A stretch of 37,376 bases of DNA. Source: Octopus bimaculoides. Taxonomy: Eukaryota. The stretch's first letter is position 1. Each line of letters begins with the position of its first letter. The notes beneath the pieces were generated by a model that was not told the DNA's origin, ran no database searches, and worked only from the letters and a program-made list of their open reading frames with translations. Shown here in pieces: positions 35,405-37,376 of the stretch. Both the position numbers and the translations under genes were made by a program. Location: positions 34,361,123 through 34,398,498 of the forward strand of contig NC_068995.1 in assembly GCF_001194135.2 (NCBI RefSeq), written 5' to 3'.

Positions 35405-35442
35405 TGTCCGGCGAGATAAAGTTTCTGCCAGCTCGCCGCCTT
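35405..35442 (-). mobile_element. SINE family 1 head fragment
   Basis: ttctgccagctcgccgcc. Confidence 0.55.
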
Positions 35443-35564
35443 TTAGGGTGATCAAATAATGAATTTGATTAAGGTTAGTTTTTATTATAAGCTCATAACT
35501 ATAAATAACTGACATAATTTGTGGAGCTAGCATGATTTATTTTCGGTAAATAGATTTAGAGATC

Positions 35565-35800
35565 TAGTACCCTGCGCGCGTAAGCGAAAGCAGGGTATTG
35601 TAATCATTCGATTTCGTCTGTTTGTGTGTTTGTAAAATTCCTGGAAAACGGCCGAACGGATTTTCACCACATTTGGCAGAAATGCTCATCGGACGACTAG
35701 CTCGAAATGATGAACGTTTGGTTTGAATATCTTAAAAAAAAAAACTTTAAAAAGTCGAACTTACAAATTTTCCGATAAGCAAGAGGTCATATTATTTTGT
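35565..35800 (+). mobile_element. Helentron/HINE (DINE-1-like) non-autonomous element, 5' part
   Basis: Hairpin TACCCTGC (35568-35575) / GCAGGGTA (35590-35597), then a gtctgtttgtgtgtttgt microsatellite-like block and aaaacggccgaacggattttcaccacatttggca. This is the layout of HINE/DINE-1 elements. The 3' end is not identified. Confidence 0.55.
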
Positions 35801-37324
35801 TCACTTTCTTTTTCATATGAATCGACCTTCGTGTGCGTGTGTATAAATCATGATGTACCTAAGCGCGTAGACAAGTGTGGGTACATACATACCTACATGC
35901 ATACATAGATAAGCAACTGTGTGTGTGTGTATACAGTGATGGATTCAAGGGAATCGTTTATTCACGACTTGATTTCTTAATTTCACCGGAGTATAAATAC
36001 CTATAATGACGATACTTAAAAAAAAAGAAAAGAAAATTAAATTCAGTTCAATTAAAAAGAATGGGTAAGCAACACATTGTAAGCCACATTATAATTTGCG
36101 AAAAAACTTATCTGCGCGCAGCGTTATGCCTCACTCTCCGAAGCCTTTTTTTTTCATTTCGAAGTGCTTTTTACCAGCTACTTACCCTTCATTTTCTCAC
36201 TAAATAACGAATTGAAATAAAAATGAGACGAAATGGTTCTGGATCAGTAAAAACACAAACTATTAAGGAATCAGAACAATTTTGATTTCTGTTCGGATCA
36301 ATGATTTTATTTGCTTGCAAGTTCACTCACAACTGAAAAAAAAAAGCAATTTGATTGGATGTGTTTCTGTAAGTAGACAGTTGTGACTAATATGTTTTAA
36401 AGCAAAAAAAAAAGAAAAAGAAAAAGAGACAAATATATTAAACAAACACTTATTTTTAATATCAATAACATAACTGTGTTAAATAAATATTAAATAAAAG
36501 AAAACTCGCGTACGGGAATCGATACGGTATATAACATCTAGCCAGTATTTTATAAATCCCGTGATAGACGTTGTACTTTATTCATAGCTAAAATATATGG
36601 CGACTAATCGCCCACTTAACCTAATTGCAAGTCGTCGACTCCCATTAGGGTACTACTTACAAATATGGGTCGGTACAGTTGCTATACACTCATACACTTT
36701 ATACACTATTTAAAAATGAAATCCAATTGTAAAAGATTCTCTTCCCAACCTACTATAACCTATAGCTTACATATGCAATTTTCACGCTGTATTTTTCTTC
36801 AGACTCTTTATCATCCTCTGCTATACTGAACCTAAATGCCTTAAACGAAAGACAACTTTGCTCTTTTTATTATCTCTGATATGCTAATTCATCAATATCT
36901 TGTCATGTAAACTTTCTGCAGTCCATTTTCTCCGCAACTAACGCACATTTAAGTTTCCCTATTGTCTATAATTTTCATACAAAGACGACGTTCAAGCATC
37001 AGCTGATTCAATGGTGAGGAATGCAAAAACACATGACACTCCACAGTTAAAAACAAAAGAGCTAACCAAAACCTTCAAAGTTCCTGCATTTAGGTTGTGA
37101 ATAAATTATAAATTTGATGAATATTTCATTGTATGGTAATACTGGGTTTATGTTCTTTAGCATCTGAGATAAAAATTTATTTTGAGTCGCGCTCGTTTTT
37201 TTTTTACATATACAACAGCTTTTGAGTATCAACGTAATTTCATCAACATTCTAAACTAACCACCAACGAAGCAACTCCATCAACACCACAAGAAAATTAC
37301 CATAACCAAATCAACGCTCGAATT

Positions 37325-37332
37325 CACATACG

Positions 37333-37376
<44 letters not shown>
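37325..37376. repeat. (TACA)n-(TA)n microsatellite at the window end
   Basis: Directly visible. Confidence 0.95.

Overview
AT-rich, microsatellite-dense eukaryotic DNA from a gappy assembly (8 N-gaps, most flanked by simple repeats). The tRNA-derived SINE families and repeat spectrum look like an Octopus (coleoid cephalopod) genome; this is inference from recalled repeat families, not a database search. I could not support any host protein-coding exon, rRNA or functional tRNA, and almost all ORFs in the supplied track are microsatellite, gap or antisense artefacts. The window is a transposon graveyard (intronic or intergenic). It holds about 15 copies or fragments of one tRNA-headed SINE family with three alternative tails and several copies of other SINE families. 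It also holds an RTE LINE RT fragment, an L1/Tx1-like 3' fragment, a decayed near-full-length Penelope-like element (RT + GIY-YIG), other Penelope pieces, mariner relics, a decayed hAT transposase, a Tigger/pogo-like MITE and a Helentron/HINE-like element. The most interesting signals are: a minimal type I hammerhead ribozyme motif with an intact core (19128-19172, minus strand) beside a perfect 75-bp palindrome in a Penelope-rich cluster; a head-to-tail chain of SINEs; a SINE split by nested insertions; and a mariner relic with three TIRs. I found no convincing evidence of a wholly new multi-gene system.
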